This document shows, one piece after another, positions 37,947 through 52,454 of a DNA stretch of 64,000 nt; the first letter of the stretch is position 1, and each line of letters opens with the position of its first letter. The position numbers were made by a program, and so were the translations under genes. Source of the DNA: Eledone cirrhosa (Eukaryota). The stretch covers positions 10,602,001-10,666,000 of the forward strand of contig OZ024747.1 of NCBI GenBank assembly GCA_964016885.1, in the 5' to 3' direction. Below the pieces are notes generated by a model, which was not told where the DNA came from, did not search any database, and saw nothing but the letters and a program-made list of their open reading frames with translations.

Positions 37947-38934
37947 GCAGCATCACCACCACCACCACCATTACCACCACGACCACAACCACGACCACCA
38001 CTACTACTACCACCACCGCCACCGCCACCGCCACCACCACCACCACCACTACCACCACCACTACCATCACCACCACCATTACCACTACCACCACCACCAC
38101 CACCAGCACCACCACTACTACCACCACCACCACCACCACCACGACCACCACCACTACCACCACCACCAGCACCACCACTACTACCACGACGACGACGACG
38201 ACGACGACCACCACCACCACCACCACCACCACCACTACCACCACCAACACCACCAACACCACCACCACCAACACCACCACCACCAACACCACCACCACCA
38301 CCACCACCACCACCACCACCACCACCACCACCACCACCACCACCAACACCACCACCACCACTACCAACACCACCACCACCACCACCACCACCACCACCAC
38401 CACCACCACCACCAACAACACCACCACCACTACCACCACCACCACCACCACCACCACCACCACCACCACCAACACCACCACCACCACTACCACCACCAAC
38501 ACCACCACCACCACCACCACCACCACCACCACCACCACCACCACCACCACCACCACCACCACCAACACCACCACCACCAACACCACCACCACCACCACCA
38601 CCACCACCACCACCACCACCACCACCGCCACCACCGCCACCACCACCACCACCACCACCACCACCACCACCACCACCACCACCACCACCACCACCACCAC
38701 CACCACCACCACCACCACCAACACCACCACCACCACCACCAACACCACCACCAACACCACCACCACCACCACCACCACCACCACCACCACCACCACCACC
38801 ACTGCCACCACCACCACCACCACCACCACCACCACCACCACCACCACCACCACCACCACCACCACCACCACCACCACCACCACCACCACCACCACCACCA
38901 CTACCACCACCACCACCACCACCACCACCACCAC
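37947..38934. repeat. ~1-kb (CAC)n array
   Basis: Visible. Confidence 0.97.
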
Positions 38935-39169
38935 TAAGGACACAGTAAACCTAAGGTGTTGTTGGCCACAAAGGAACTTGATATCAGAATATTTCAAATT
39001 CTTCCTACGTCTAGATAACACTATAGGTCTATGTATGTGTGTGTATATATACACATATATATATGTGTGTGTACGTATATATATATAATCAATGTATATA
39101 TAGTCACAGAGACATATACATATACATACATACATATATACATATATACATACATATATACATACATAG

Positions 39170-39200
<31 letters not shown>

Positions 39201-39204
39201 TATG

Positions 39205-39422
39205 CTGTATTTCACGTTGCCCCAGTCCACTCAGTTGTCAAAACTGAGTTGTACCTGTAGTTCGAAGACCACATTCTGTGTGACGCTGAATCTCCCTGAG
39301 AACTACGTTAAGTGTACACGTGTCTGTGGAATGCTCAGTCACTTGCACGTTAATTTCACGAGCAGGCTCTTCCGTTGATCGGATCAACTGGAACACTCGT
39401 CGTCGTAACCGACGGAGTACCA
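39205..39422 (+). mobile_element. 3' part of a CORE-like SINE (type B3)
   Basis: TATTTCACGTTGCCCCAGTCCACTCAG...ATCAACTGGAACACTCGTCGTCGTAACCGACGGAGT; the tail also occurs at 8650-8688. Confidence 0.75.
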
Positions 39423-39428
39423 CTAGTC

Positions 39429-39465
<37 letters not shown>

Positions 39466-39528
39466 GTATATATTATGGAATACTGTTGGCTTCTTGCTAC
39501 AATAATTTCTATACTTTTCATTTATATA

Positions 39529-39607
<79 letters not shown>

Positions 39608-39633
39608 AAACGGAAAACAGTACATCCCAATTT

Positions 39634-39708
39634 ATTTTATTATACGTATTTCGAAAATGCAAGGCTTCTGTATAACATAAGCCAAAACATGTTCTCTTCA
39701 GACAAAAT
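39634..39708 (-). ncRNA. Type I minimal hammerhead ribozyme
   Basis: ATTTTGT-CTGAAGA-GAA...GGCTT..AAGCC...TTC-GAAAT-ACGT-ATA-ATAAAAT: 7-bp stem I, palindromic loop III. Confidence 0.8.
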
Positions 39709-39777
39709 CCACGGGAGATGTAGAAATTCTTTGATATGCAGGCAGTCAGACGAGCTGTTCAGATCCGTGGCCGGCAA

Positions 39778-39835
<58 letters not shown>

Positions 39836-39843
<8 letters not shown>

Positions 39844-42800
39844 GATCGAGTATCGAAAAATCGGCGCACGAGTTCACGATAAACAATATTCGAAATGAGC
39901 GGCAGAGGGCTCAATAATTCAGATGAATCAGAGCTATAACTATCGTTAAAATACCGTCACACATAGAACAAGTCTAAAATCAACCATACGATAAAAAATC
40001 GATAATAGAAGATTCGGGACAAACAGATAAAAAATATCAATAAAACAATACATCAATAATTTAAATGAATGTAAAATCATACCCGGACCCACTAGAAAGG
40101 TGTTAAATCTAGCTTCTTGGGTTTCTGTAAATCCTTAGACTGTACTCTATCAGCTCACATATAAATATATAAGACTACTAGAGCAAGCGGAATGGAGTTT
40201 ACTTCATCAACGAGCTTTTTCCTAGCGGATAAGAGGCTAACTACAAGCGAAATACGCACATGGAATTCGACAAGGGAGATAACCTCTACATCCGCGAAAA
40301 CTATTCGAGGAAATGTGGAAATACACATATCGAATAAGAGTGCTCAATAGACATGTTAAAATAAAACAGGAGCTATTCATCACTCAATAGAATCGACAAA
40401 AAATGAGCAATAAAATTAACTGGTGGATAGCTATGTCCAGAGCTAAAAATATTAGAAAGATCGAGTATCGAAAAATCGGCGCACGAGTTCACGATAAACA
40501 ATATTCGAAATGAGCGGCAGAGGGCTCAATAATTCAGATGAATCAGAGCTATAACTATCGTTAAAATACCGTCACACATAGAACAAGTCTAAAATCAACC
40601 ATACGATAAAAAATCGATAATAGAAGATTCGGGACAAACAGATAAAAAATATCAATAAAACAATACATCAATAATTTAAATGAATGTAAAATCATACCCG
40701 GACCCACTAGAAAGGTGTTAAATCTAGCTTCTTGGGTTTCTGTAAATCCTTAGACTGTACTCTATCAGCTCACATATAAATATATAAGACTACTAGAGCA
40801 AGCGGAATGGAGTTTACTTCATCAACGAGCTTTTTCCTAGCGGATAAGAGGCTAACTACAAGCGAAATACGCACATGGAATTCGACAAGGGAGATAACCT
40901 CTACATCCGCGAAAACTATTCGAGGAAATGTGGAAATACACATATCGAATAAGAGTGCTCAATAGACATGTTAAAATAAAACAGGAGCTATTCATCACTC
41001 AATAGAATCGACAAAAAATGAGCAATAAAATTAACTGGTGGATAGCTATGTCCAGAGCTAAAAATATTAGAAAGATCGAGTATCGAAAAATCGGCGCACG
41101 AGTTCACGATAAACAATATTCGAAATGAGCGGCAGAGGGCTCAATAATTCAGATGAATCAGAGCTATAACTATCGTTAAAATACCGTCACACATAGAACA
41201 AGTCTAAAATCAACCATACGATAAAAAATCGATAATAGAAGATTCGGGACAAACAGATAAAAAATATCAATAAAACAATACATCAATAATTTAAATGAAT
41301 GTAAAATCATACCCGGACCCACTAGAAAGGTGTTAAATCTAGCTTCTTGGGTTTCTGTAAATCCTTAGACTGTACTCTATCAGCTCACATATAAATATAT
41401 AAGACTACTAGAGCAAGCGGAATGGAGTTTACTTCATCAACGAGCTTTTTCCTAGCGGATAAGAGGCTAACTACAAGCGAAATACGCACATGGAATTCGA
41501 CAAGGGAGATAACCTCTACATCCGCGAAAACTATTCGAGGAAATGTGGAAATACACATATCGAATAAGAGTGCTCAATAGACATGTTAAAATAAAACAGG
41601 AGCTATTCATCACTCAATAGAATCGACAAAAAATGAGCAATAAAATTAACTGGTGGATAGCTATGTCCAGAGCTAAAAATATTAGAAAGATCGAGTATCG
41701 AAAAATCGGCGCACGAGTTCACGATAAACAATATTCGAAATGAGCGGCAGAGGGCTCAATAATTCAGATGAATCAGAGCTATAACTATCGTTAAAATACC
41801 GTCACACATAGAACAAGTCTAAAATCAACCATACGATAAAAAATCGATAATAGAAGATTCGGGACAAACAGATAAAAAATATTAATAAAACAATACATCA
41901 ATAATTTAAATGAATGTAAAATCATACCCGGACCCACTAGAAAGGTGTTAAATCTAGCTTCTTGGGTTTCTGTAAATCCTTAGACTGTACTCTATCAGCT
42001 CACATATAAATATATAAGACTACTAGAGCAAGCGGAATGGAGTTTACTTCATCAACGAGCTTTTTCCTAGCGGATAAGAGGCTAACTACAAGCGAAATAC
42101 GCACATGGAATTCGACAAGGGAGATAACCTCTACATCCGCGAAAACTATTCGAGGAAATGTGGAAATACACATATCGAATAAGAGTGCTCAATAGACATG
42201 TTAAAATAAAACAGGAGCTATTCATCACTCAATAGAATCGACAAAAAATGAGCAATAAAATTAACTGGTGGATAGCTATGTCCAGAGCTGAAAATATTAG
42301 AAAGATCGAGTATCGAAAAATCGGCGCACGAGTTCACGATAAACAATATTCGAAATGAGCGGCAGAGGGCTCAATAATTCAGATGAATCAGAGCTATAAC
42401 TATCGTTAAAATACCGTCACACATAGAACAAGTCTAAAATCAACCATACGATAAAAAATCGATAATAGAAGATTCGGGACAAACAGATAAAAAATATTAA
42501 TAAAACAATACATCAATAATTTAAATGAATGTAAAATCATACCCGGACCCACTAGAAAGGTGTTAAATCTAGCTTCTTGGGTTTCTGTAAATCCTTAGAC
42601 TGTACTCTATCAGCTCACATATAAATATATAAGACTACTAGAGCAAGCGGAATGGAGTTTACTTCATCAACGAGCTTTTTCCTAGCGGATAAGAGGCTAA
42701 CTACAAGCGAAATACGCACATGGAATTCGACAAGGGAGATAACCTCTACATCCGCGAAAACTATTCGAGGAAATGTGGAAATACACATATCGAATAAGAG

Positions 42801-42968
42801 TGCTCAATAGACATGTTAAAATAAAACAGGAGCTATTCATCACTCAATAGAATCGACAAAAAATGAGCAATAAAATTAACTGGTGGATAGCTATGTCCAG
42901 AGCTAAAAATATTAGAAAGATTGAGTATCGAAAAATCGGCGCACGAGTTCACGATAAACAATATTCGA
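39836..42968 (-). repeat. Tandem array of 615-bp units (5 full + 58 bp), near-identical, flanked by (TA)n
   Basis: ATTAGAAAGAT at 39836, 40451, 41066, 41681, 42296 and 42911; only 3 variant positions noticed. Confidence 0.97.
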
Positions 42969-42980
42969 TATATATATATA

Positions 42981-43169
42981 TAGGAAAAGAGTCAGGACCC
43001 CGACGGCTGAGCTCCGGCTGTTTCGGCAGCTAAATCCGAACTGAGCTCGAAACGGCCGGAGCTCAGCCGTCGGGGTCCTGACACTTTTCTTATTACCCAC
43101 TCTACTATCCTAAGTATCGAGTACTCTGGTGCGTTATGGTCCACCTGGTTCCTTACCACACTTTCTTTG

Positions 43170-43170
<1 letters not shown>
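42981..43170 (-). mobile_element. Second copy of the hairpin / half-hammerhead cassette
   Basis: Homologous to 33041-33220 in opposite orientation. Confidence 0.8.
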
Positions 43171-43220
<50 letters not shown>

Positions 43221-43225
<5 letters not shown>

Positions 43226-43460
43226 TTTTTACATTCATTTGATTTATTGATTTATTGATATTTTATCTGAGTGTCCCGAATCTTCCAGATCGTAATTTTT
43301 CGGTCGTATGGTTGATTTTAGACATGTTCTATGTGTGTCGGTATTTTAACGATAGTTATAGCTCTGATTTATCTAAATCAGTGAGCACTCTGCCGCTCAT
43401 TTCGAATTTTGTTTATCGTGAACTCGTGCGCCGATTTTTCGATACTCGATTATTCTACTA
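43221..43460 (+). repeat. Diverged partial copy of the 615-bp unit (opposite orientation)
   Basis: TTTACATTCATTT...GTTTATCGTGAACTCGTGCGCCGATTTTTCGATACTCGAT. Confidence 0.9.
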
Positions 43461-43616
43461 TATATATCTATATATATATATGCAGAGATTATATTTAATT
43501 TGTTGGGATTTAACAAGCTTAAACATTTTATAACTGATATAAAGCACTTAACAAGTTAGTGGAGTAAATACACAATATATTAATAAATGGAAACTATATT
43601 TATAAAACCATAATTA

Positions 43617-43678
43617 TTTTATTATATATATTTCAAGGGCAACCAAGGTAGAATATGGTGCGCTTTCATCAGATAAAA
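43617..43678 (-). ncRNA. Minimal hammerhead ribozyme within the fold-back cassette 43490-43847
   Basis: TTTTAT-CTGATGA-AAG.GCACCA..TGGTTGC.CTT-GAAAT-ATAT-ATA-ATAAAA; partial inverted copy at 43770-43847. Confidence 0.78.
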
Positions 43679-43839
43679 TACAGATTTGTTTTATGAATAA
43701 ATATTGACATACCCGGAAAAAAGACAACCTCAACGGTTGAAATTCGCTGAATAGACTATCCAGCGAATAATCTACCTTGGTGGCCCTTGAAATATATATA
43801 ATAAAATAATTATGGTTTTATAAATATATTTTCCATTTA

Positions 43840-43900
<61 letters not shown>

Positions 43901-43936
43901 TATAAGAACAAAAGATGGTTAACAGAGTTCCATGTA

Positions 43937-44003
43937 TTTTATTATGCGCATTTCAAAAACAAATATCATCATGCAATAATATTTGTGTTTTCATCAGATA
44001 AAA
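43937..44003 (-). ncRNA. Minimal hammerhead ribozyme (family of 35050-35116)
   Basis: Same core; loop II differs (GCAT vs GTTT). Confidence 0.8.
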
Positions 44004-44105
44004 CATGAAGACATGATATGAAGGTTAAAAAACACTTGTGGATAGTGCAGTTTTAAATCAACATATCTGCATTGCTTTATTGTACTACAATAAAACTCAC
44101 CTCCT

Positions 44106-44208
<103 letters not shown>

Positions 44209-44339
44209 TATATATATATATGTTAAGAAAGTGGGACTGGCTTTGTGCAGTCCCTTTGCTCACTATAAAAGCTTCACGGCACAGGCATTGCTTTATATCT
44301 GGAGATCTCTCTGCACTTGTCGTCACATGGTACCATGGG

Positions 44340-44512
44340 CCCAGCACTATGTGTCAATAATTGTCACAAGTGTAGTGTTTGTACCAGAGTTTTCAAGTCG
44401 CTGGCTGGACTAAAAAGTCACACTCGTTCAGCGCATCGGTAGGGGTTCTCCTACATGGATATAAAGTAGTGGCCGTACTCGAAAACGAGTTGGCAGCCAC
44501 CATATATGTATA
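44340..44512 (+). mobile_element. RTE-type LINE 3' end: C2H2-like knuckle, stop, 3' stem-loop
   Basis: 'HKCSVCTRVFKSLAGLKSHTRSAHR*' (44365-44442), then the ACTCG-AAAA-CGAGT hairpin and a short TA tail. Confidence 0.65.
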
Positions 44513-44871
44513 TGATGGTTGCAAACTCATGTTCGAGCATTGCCATCGCCCGATAAATGCTCAAAAATGTGAGGCAGGAATGTGGGTTCTTTAAACCAGC
44601 CAAACTTGCACCCTCTGGTACATATGTGGCAACAGTAGGCCCCTCCGGAACTTTCCATTGTTTTGTTCCAGCTGAGTTTTCTTATGTGTCTTTTAACATA
44701 CATACGACATATCCAGAGTTCAATCTCCTGTGGCGGCTGCTGATCTTTGTTCGAACTCTGTTTTCTAAACTATCTTAGCTATCTTCGTATTTGTCCCCTT
44801 CTTTTGTGCCCCTGTGGCTAATAAAGAAATATATCTTAGCTATCTTCCTTTGATATCTTCTACATTTCCTA

Positions 44872-45448
<577 letters not shown>

Positions 45449-45747
45449 AGATGTTATTTATGTTGGTGTTGTGGCTCTGTGAATGTATTCTGTGCAAATG
45501 TCTAGACTTTGGGAACTGCTTTTCACTGGCACCGGAAGTAGATGAATCGTGTCGCCATTGCGCGTGAGCCTTTTCCATTGATCCTACCATGAAAATATAT
45601 GAGAAGACGACGATTGCAGCAACAATGAGAATAACTTGAATAATAGCAAGAAGAAGAAGAAGAAGAAGAAGTACCAGCTCCACCACCACCACCACCACCA
45701 CCATCAACTGATATAGTAACAATAGATGTAATACCCGCAAGAGAACA

Positions 45748-46308
45748 CCAACAACAGTAACAACAACATTATCGACCGCAACAATTATAGTGACAACAAC
45801 AGCAACAGTAATAACAACAGCATCAATAACGACCGCAATAATAACAACAACACTAACCACAACAACAGTAACAACAACAGCAACAACAACAACACTAACC
45901 ACAACAGCAGTAACAACAACAATAACAGTAAGAACATCAATAACAACCACAACAACAACAGTAACAACAACAACAGTAACAACCACAGCAACAACAGTAA
46001 CAACAACAACAACAGTAACAACAACAACAGTAACAACAACAACAACAGTAACAACAACAACAGTAACAACAACAACAGTAACAACAACAACAGTAGCAAC
46101 AACAACAGTAACAACCACAACAACAACAGCAACAACAACAACAGTAACAACAACAACAGCAACAACAACAACAACAACAACAACAACAGTAACAACAGCA
46201 ACAACAACAACAACAATAACAACAACAACAACAACAGTAACAACAACAACAACAGTAACAACAACAGTAACAACAACAGTAACAACAACACCACTAACGA
46301 CGTAACAA
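45748..46308. repeat. (ACA)n/ACAGTA array
   Basis: Visible. Confidence 0.95.
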
Positions 46309-46616
46309 CATCCAGTCTGTAGTCATCATTGTCTACTGTTTAACAACGGACGATTACGTATCGTATTTCAGATTTTCAAAGAGAAAAAAAAACTTATAGA
46401 AAACTGTAATAGAGATAATGGAGGCCGTGAAAAGAGATAGTCTGGCTTCTTTGGACTTTATTTTAGTATTTTGTCATTTTGTTGTCTCCTGTACTTGCCA
46501 GAAAAATGAAAATACTTTTAGCCATTGAGTAATATCGGTTTCTGCTCAAGGCATATATAGTTCTTGTTTGTTTTTGGTAATGCTTAGTACATTGAATTAG
46601 ATAAAACTAACTTGGT

Positions 46617-46647
<31 letters not shown>

Positions 46648-46732
46648 GAAAGGTATAGAAAATATATATTTATATATATGTATGTATGTAAGTATATATA
46701 TATATATATATATATATACTGTGTATGTATGC

Positions 46733-46779
<47 letters not shown>

Positions 46780-46912
46780 GTAGGATGTGAGTTTTATTAT
46801 AGCACAATAAAGCAATGCAAATATCGGATAAGTAGCACTCAACAGTTTATAGGACTGGAGTATAAATAATATAAAATCAAAAGATGGTTAAAATATCATG
46901 TCCCCTATTTTA

Positions 46913-47130
46913 TGGTGCTATTGTTTCCTCCTGTTGCATTGTATTTACAGACTAAATAAAGATGGCGTAGAAAATACAATGCAACGGGAGGAAACAATAG
47001 CACCACTGACGATGTTGCAGATGTGCAACGAAAGAACTTTGATAAACTATATATATGTGTTTGTGTCTATATTGTATCTGTATTGTTTTTGACCGTTGGT
47101 CAGTCAATGGCGACATTGAGGACCGAATAA
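46913..47130 (+). mobile_element. PLE 3' UTR relative with a 34-bp inverted 5' duplication and an HHR-like motif (47002-47043)
   Basis: Inverted repeat 46913-46946 / 46972-47005. AAGATGGCGTAG and CTGACGA-T-GTTGCA-GATG-TGCAAC-GAAAGAACTTTGA parallel 23575-23672(-). Confidence 0.7.
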
Positions 47131-47319
47131 ATTAGATTACCGATATAAAAGACACAGAAGCGAAAAGCAAAAACCAACCAAACAGTGAGTGTGTTCTGTT
47201 ATTAATTCTGGCAATATTACACAAATATGACCCTCCCCAAGTATAACAATATTTGTTTCGACACACGATTACATATAAAAAACCTCGCAAAACTAATTCA
47301 TCGCCGTTATATATATATA

Positions 47320-47507
47320 GGGCGGGGATTGGTAGTATCGGTAGAGGGTCGGACGCCATGCTTTGACGCATAGAGTTACGGCCCTTGCCATTCTGAGTTC
47401 AAATCCCGCCGAGGTTAACTTAGCCTTTCATCCTTACGGGGTCGATAAAATAAAGTACCAGTAATGAACTGGGTAATTGCTGGTCTTGTGCCAAAAGTAG
47501 AAACAGT

Positions 47508-47510
<3 letters not shown>
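47320..47510 (+). mobile_element. SINE type A, full length
   Basis: Consensus match. Confidence 0.92.
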
Positions 47511-47573
<63 letters not shown>

Positions 47574-47923
47574 TACACACACACACACACATATATGCCA
47601 TGGGAATTCTCGCCGATTTCATACGAATGAAACAGTTCTAGTCCTGTAGAAGCCCTTTGGAACATAGCTTAACAAAGGTTCTTATATAAAGTGCAACAAT
47701 TAGAAATATACAGTTTAGTGTTATAGAATGAAGGGGTTTGTTTCAGGGGTTTTGGTATTAAAAAGGTTTGGTTCAGGGGGTTTGGTATTAAAGGAGTCTG
47801 GTGCATCGCGCACCGTTGTAGTTGTTGTAGAAGAAACAGGAAGACAACTGGGAAGTTTGATTTTCTTCCTTGTGATTGTTTCATGTTTATTTTATATACA
47901 TATATATATATATGTCAGATTAT

Positions 47924-48042
<119 letters not shown>

Positions 48043-48299
48043 GCGATGAAATACCAATGATGGTTGGCAAATCACTGATGAGGGACTAATTTTATAATAT
48101 GTAACCCATGTGCAACCACGCAGTATTCCTCTTCCCTTGTTTTTCATATATATATATGTAGAGGTTATATTTAATTTGTTGGGATTCAACAAGCTTAAAC
48201 ATTTTATAACTGATATAAAGCACTCAGCACTCAACAAGTTAGTGGAGTAAATACATAATATATTAATAAATGGAAAATATATTTATAAAACCATATTTA

Positions 48300-48361
48300 T
48301 TTTATTATACATATTTCAAGGGCAACCAAGATAAATTATGGTGCACTTTCATCAGATAAAA
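48300..48361 (-). ncRNA. Minimal hammerhead ribozyme within the fold-back cassette 48163-48470
   Basis: TTTTAT-CTGATGA-AAG..CTT-GAAAT-ATGT-ATA-ATAAAA; inverted repeat 48257-48351 / 48376-48470; family of 43490-43847. Confidence 0.78.
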
Positions 48362-48901
48362 TACAGATTTGGTTTTGAAAGCGCACCATAATTTACCTTG
48401 GTTGCCCTTGAAATATGTATAATAAAATAAATATGGTTTTATAAATATAGTTTCCATTTATTAATATATTATATATATATATATAAATGAAGTAATTCCG
48501 TCGGAAAAGTCCAGGAAAAAAGAGTGCTCTATGTAGGTAAGAGAGCTTAATAGTTATGTAATAAACAACAGGATTTTTTCATTCTGATGATTGAAAGCAA
48601 CATTTTTTTTGCTTTTAAGAAACCACTGGTAAATGAAATAATTGCCTTATGTTGTTTATTACATAACTATATATATATATATATCAGATTATATATATAT
48701 ATATATGTCAGATTATACATTACAAACTTAACTAACAAATACTATGAAGCCCACCATTACTATCACTGCTACTAGGAGTGTAAATTCAAATCCATCAAAG
48801 ATTGACGTTGCTTTTCCTTTCCCTCCTCTGCACTATATAACTGTAAAGAAAGGATTTGGAAGCCTTTCGCTGACTCCATGTCTTTCTCTTCTTCTCTCTC
48901 T

Positions 48902-48949
<48 letters not shown>

Positions 48950-48960
48950 TCTCTCACTCA

Positions 48961-48997
<37 letters not shown>

Positions 48998-49217
48998 TAC
49001 CTCTCTCTCTCTCTCTCTTTTTCACTCTTTCCCTCACACACACACACATTCTCCCTCTCTTTCTCTATCTTTTTTCTTATTGTGATGATGATGACAATGA
49101 CGACGACGAGGATGATAATGGTGGTGGTGTTGATGATGCTGATGGTAAGGATGATGATGATAGTGATGATGATGATGATGATAATGATGATGATGATGAT
49201 GGTGGTGGTGATGATGA

Positions 49218-49251
<34 letters not shown>

Positions 49252-49406
49252 GGTGGTGGTGGTGGTGGTGGTGGTGGTGGTGGTGATGATGATGGTGGTG
49301 ATGTTGGTGATGATCATAGTGTTGGCGGTTGGCACTGTGCTGCTGTTTCTCCACATTGGTGGCCCGATAGACGGTAGGTGGCTGGGAGGAGGAGCGGGGT
49401 GTTCAC

Positions 49407-49628
49407 ATGCCGACGCCAAGCCGTCTGCCGCCAACGCCGACGTCTGCCGCCAACGCCGACGTCTGCCGCCGACGCCGACGTCTGCCGCCGACGCCGACGT
49501 CTGCTGCCAACGCCGACGTCTGCCGCCAACGCCGACGTCTGCCGCCGACGCCGACGTCTGCCGCCAACGCCGACGTCTGCCGCCGACGCCGACGTCTGCC
49601 GCCGACGCCGACGTCTGTCGCCGACGCC
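49407..49628. repeat. 19-bp CpG-rich minisatellite (CGCCGACGTCTGCCGCCRA)
   Basis: About 11 copies visible. Confidence 0.95.
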
Positions 49629-50544
49629 TTGTCATTTTCTGTAGCCTCTCACCATCAATACCATCACTAGTACTAAAAACCACCACCACCACCACCACCA
49701 CCACCATCACCACCACCACCACCACCACCACCACCATTATCAGTGACGCTGCCATCAACTTCAGTATCGCCGCCACCACTATCTCCATTACTACCGTCAA
49801 CAATATCCCCACTGCCACCAATACCACCATCACACGTGTGTAGAGCCCACTATTTAGCCCTATTGGTCAACTGGACCTAGGATCAAAAGCTGTCCATATG
49901 AGTTTATTCCGTCTTTCTAAGGTTCCCGATTATATTGTCTAAAGTGTCCTTCATTTTTGAAGACAACCTGGTGTGATTTGAAGGGAAATACGGCTGCTAT
50001 TTCTTGTAAGTCGAGCGAACATGTAGAAGCTCTGGTATCGGTGTTGTTGGTGTTGAAGCTCCTATATCACCGTTGTTGTTGTCGTTGTTGTTACTGTTGT
50101 TGTTGGTGTTGAAGCTCCTGTATGGTGGTCGTTGTTGTTGTTGTTGTTGTTGTTACTGTTGTTGTTGGTGTTGAAGCTCCTGTATGGTGGTCGTTGTTGC
50201 TGTTGTTGTTTATCCCTAGGTTGGTCAGTTCTGGCCATATAATCCGTGCACTGGTCAGTTGTAATACAGAGGAGGGGAAGATACCCAGATACCAAAGTTT
50301 CATCAGCAAGATGAGAAGCACATCCTATCTGGTGCCGAACCCACGATAGGTGAAACGTGGCTGATGAAACGGGTGTCACTGGCTGTTTACGGGGCAATAC
50401 CTTCACCATTTTGTCCACCTAGACCGAGGTGTTTGACTGCACCCCCCCCCCCCCCCTCCACCTTACTTTCGTTATATATTTTTCTTCTCTCATTTTTCTG
50501 AATGACTTCCCGTTTATTTGTTTGGGCTTCTCCGGTATTTTATA

Positions 50545-50690
50545 TAATTGTTTCTACTTTGGCACAAGGCAAGCAATTATCCCAGTGTATTACTGGTACT
50601 TTATTTTATCGAACCCGTAAGGTTGAAACGCAAAGTTAACCTCGACGGGATTGGAACTCAGAACGTAAAGGGCCATAACTCTTCGCTGTA
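50545..50690 (-). mobile_element. SINE type A
   Basis: Diverged consensus match. Confidence 0.8.
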
Positions 50691-50769
50691 TAAAAATGTC
50701 CGAAGTGGTGTGTAGCTATGTCTGAGGAACGCTGGGAGGATGCTAATGAGATGCCATAAAAGGATTTGT

Positions 50770-51050
50770 GGAGGCGTGTGGCTCTGAGGTTTAGGGTGTT
50801 GGACTTACGATCATAATGTCGTGGGTTCGATTCCTGGGCTGGGTTGTGTGTTGTGTTCTTGAGCCCTCCCTATATTTCACGCTGCTCCAGTATATTCAGC
50901 TGAAAATGAGTACCAGCAATAGCTGGGAGTTTAACTCTGCGATTGACTGGCGTCCTGTCCAGGGGTGGGAGTCAAGTATTCTCAGTCGCTCCACGCCACG
51001 AAGCCGGGACAAGCCCCGGGCTGACGAGCCTCCTGACTTCAGACAGACTC
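50770..51050 (+). mobile_element. CORE-like SINE (type B2), full length
   Basis: tRNA-like head with B-box GGTTCGATTCC; homolog of 24710-25150. Confidence 0.85.
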
Positions 51051-51288
51051 TAGTAGTAGATAGTATAAAGAGATTTAGTTGATCATATCGACTCATGTAC
51101 TTATTTTATCGATCTATGTATGTCGAACTGTTAAGTTACGGGATATAACCAAAAAGACACACACATAAACGTGTGTGTGTGTTTGTGTGTGTATCTCGCG
51201 CTGATTGTATGACTTGATAGTATCTTACAACATTCGTAGAGTTGAACAGAAGAATGTACTCAATACTGTGAAGTAGTGTGGATTAATG

Positions 51289-51366
<78 letters not shown>

Positions 51367-51462
51367 ATAACGTAGAGTCATTGTGAGTCGCAGATTAATC
51401 TATAAAAAAAACAAAAAACAAATGTATAAACATACCCGAATAAGTGTGTGTGTATGTGTGGG

Positions 51463-51513
<51 letters not shown>

Positions 51514-52159
51514 CGAGAATACCAGCAAGAACAGCAGCAGCAAAACAACAACAACAACAGCAACAATAATAATAATAACAACGACAACAACAGCAACAAC
51601 AATAACAACAGCAACAACAGCAAGACCAACAATAACAACAATAACAACAACGACATCAGCAATAGCAACAACAACAACAACAGTAACAACAACAACAACG
51701 AAAACAGCAGCAACAACAACAACAGCAACAACAACAATAATAATAATAACAACATCAATAACAAGAACAAGAACAAGTGAACAACTGTTTGCCGATATAC
51801 GTCGACATCTAGCGCCCTCTTCCGGCCAATCGTCCGACGCCTTGTGGCGGCCATGTCTCCATTAATTGGTTTCTACTGCTTCGGTTCATCTGGTGCATTT
51901 CTTATCAGTGGAACTCTTCTTAATGGGAGGTGATTTTCTTCTCTAGTTAATTGTTCCTTGGAACATTCCACACTAAGCAGATGTAATCGACTTCTACAGA
52001 CACACACAGATACATCTCTCTCACACACACACACACACACACATAGATACACCACACACACACACATAGATACACCACACACACATAGACACCACACACA
52101 ATCATTACATTATAAGTTCACTTACACACGTAAGCTCTCACACAAACACACACACTCTA

Positions 52160-52211
<52 letters not shown>

Positions 52212-52418
52212 TGCATTACATTACAAGATCACTTACACACATACATAGATACACCACACACAAACACACACACACATGCATTACATATTACGAGCCCACT
52301 TACAGACATACGCTCTCACACAAACACACACTCTACTATCTTTACCCCCTCTCTCTCTATATATATATATACTCAAACACACATATACATACATTACAAT
52401 CTCACTTATACACATACG

Positions 52419-52452
<34 letters not shown>

Positions 52453-52454
<2 letters not shown>

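Noticed and set aside
35290-39183. Poly-N/S, poly-K/E/F and poly-V ORFs
   Set aside because: (CAA)n, (CTT)n and (CAC)n arrays; no flanking coding signal
39836-42968. 5S rDNA, snRNA or histone tandem cluster
   Set aside because: No recognisable 5S, U-snRNA or histone sequence in the 615-bp unit
44365-44442. Host C2H2 zinc-finger gene exon
   Set aside because: Single knuckle followed by a stop, stem-loop and tail; fits the C-terminus of an RTE LINE, with no TGEKP linkers
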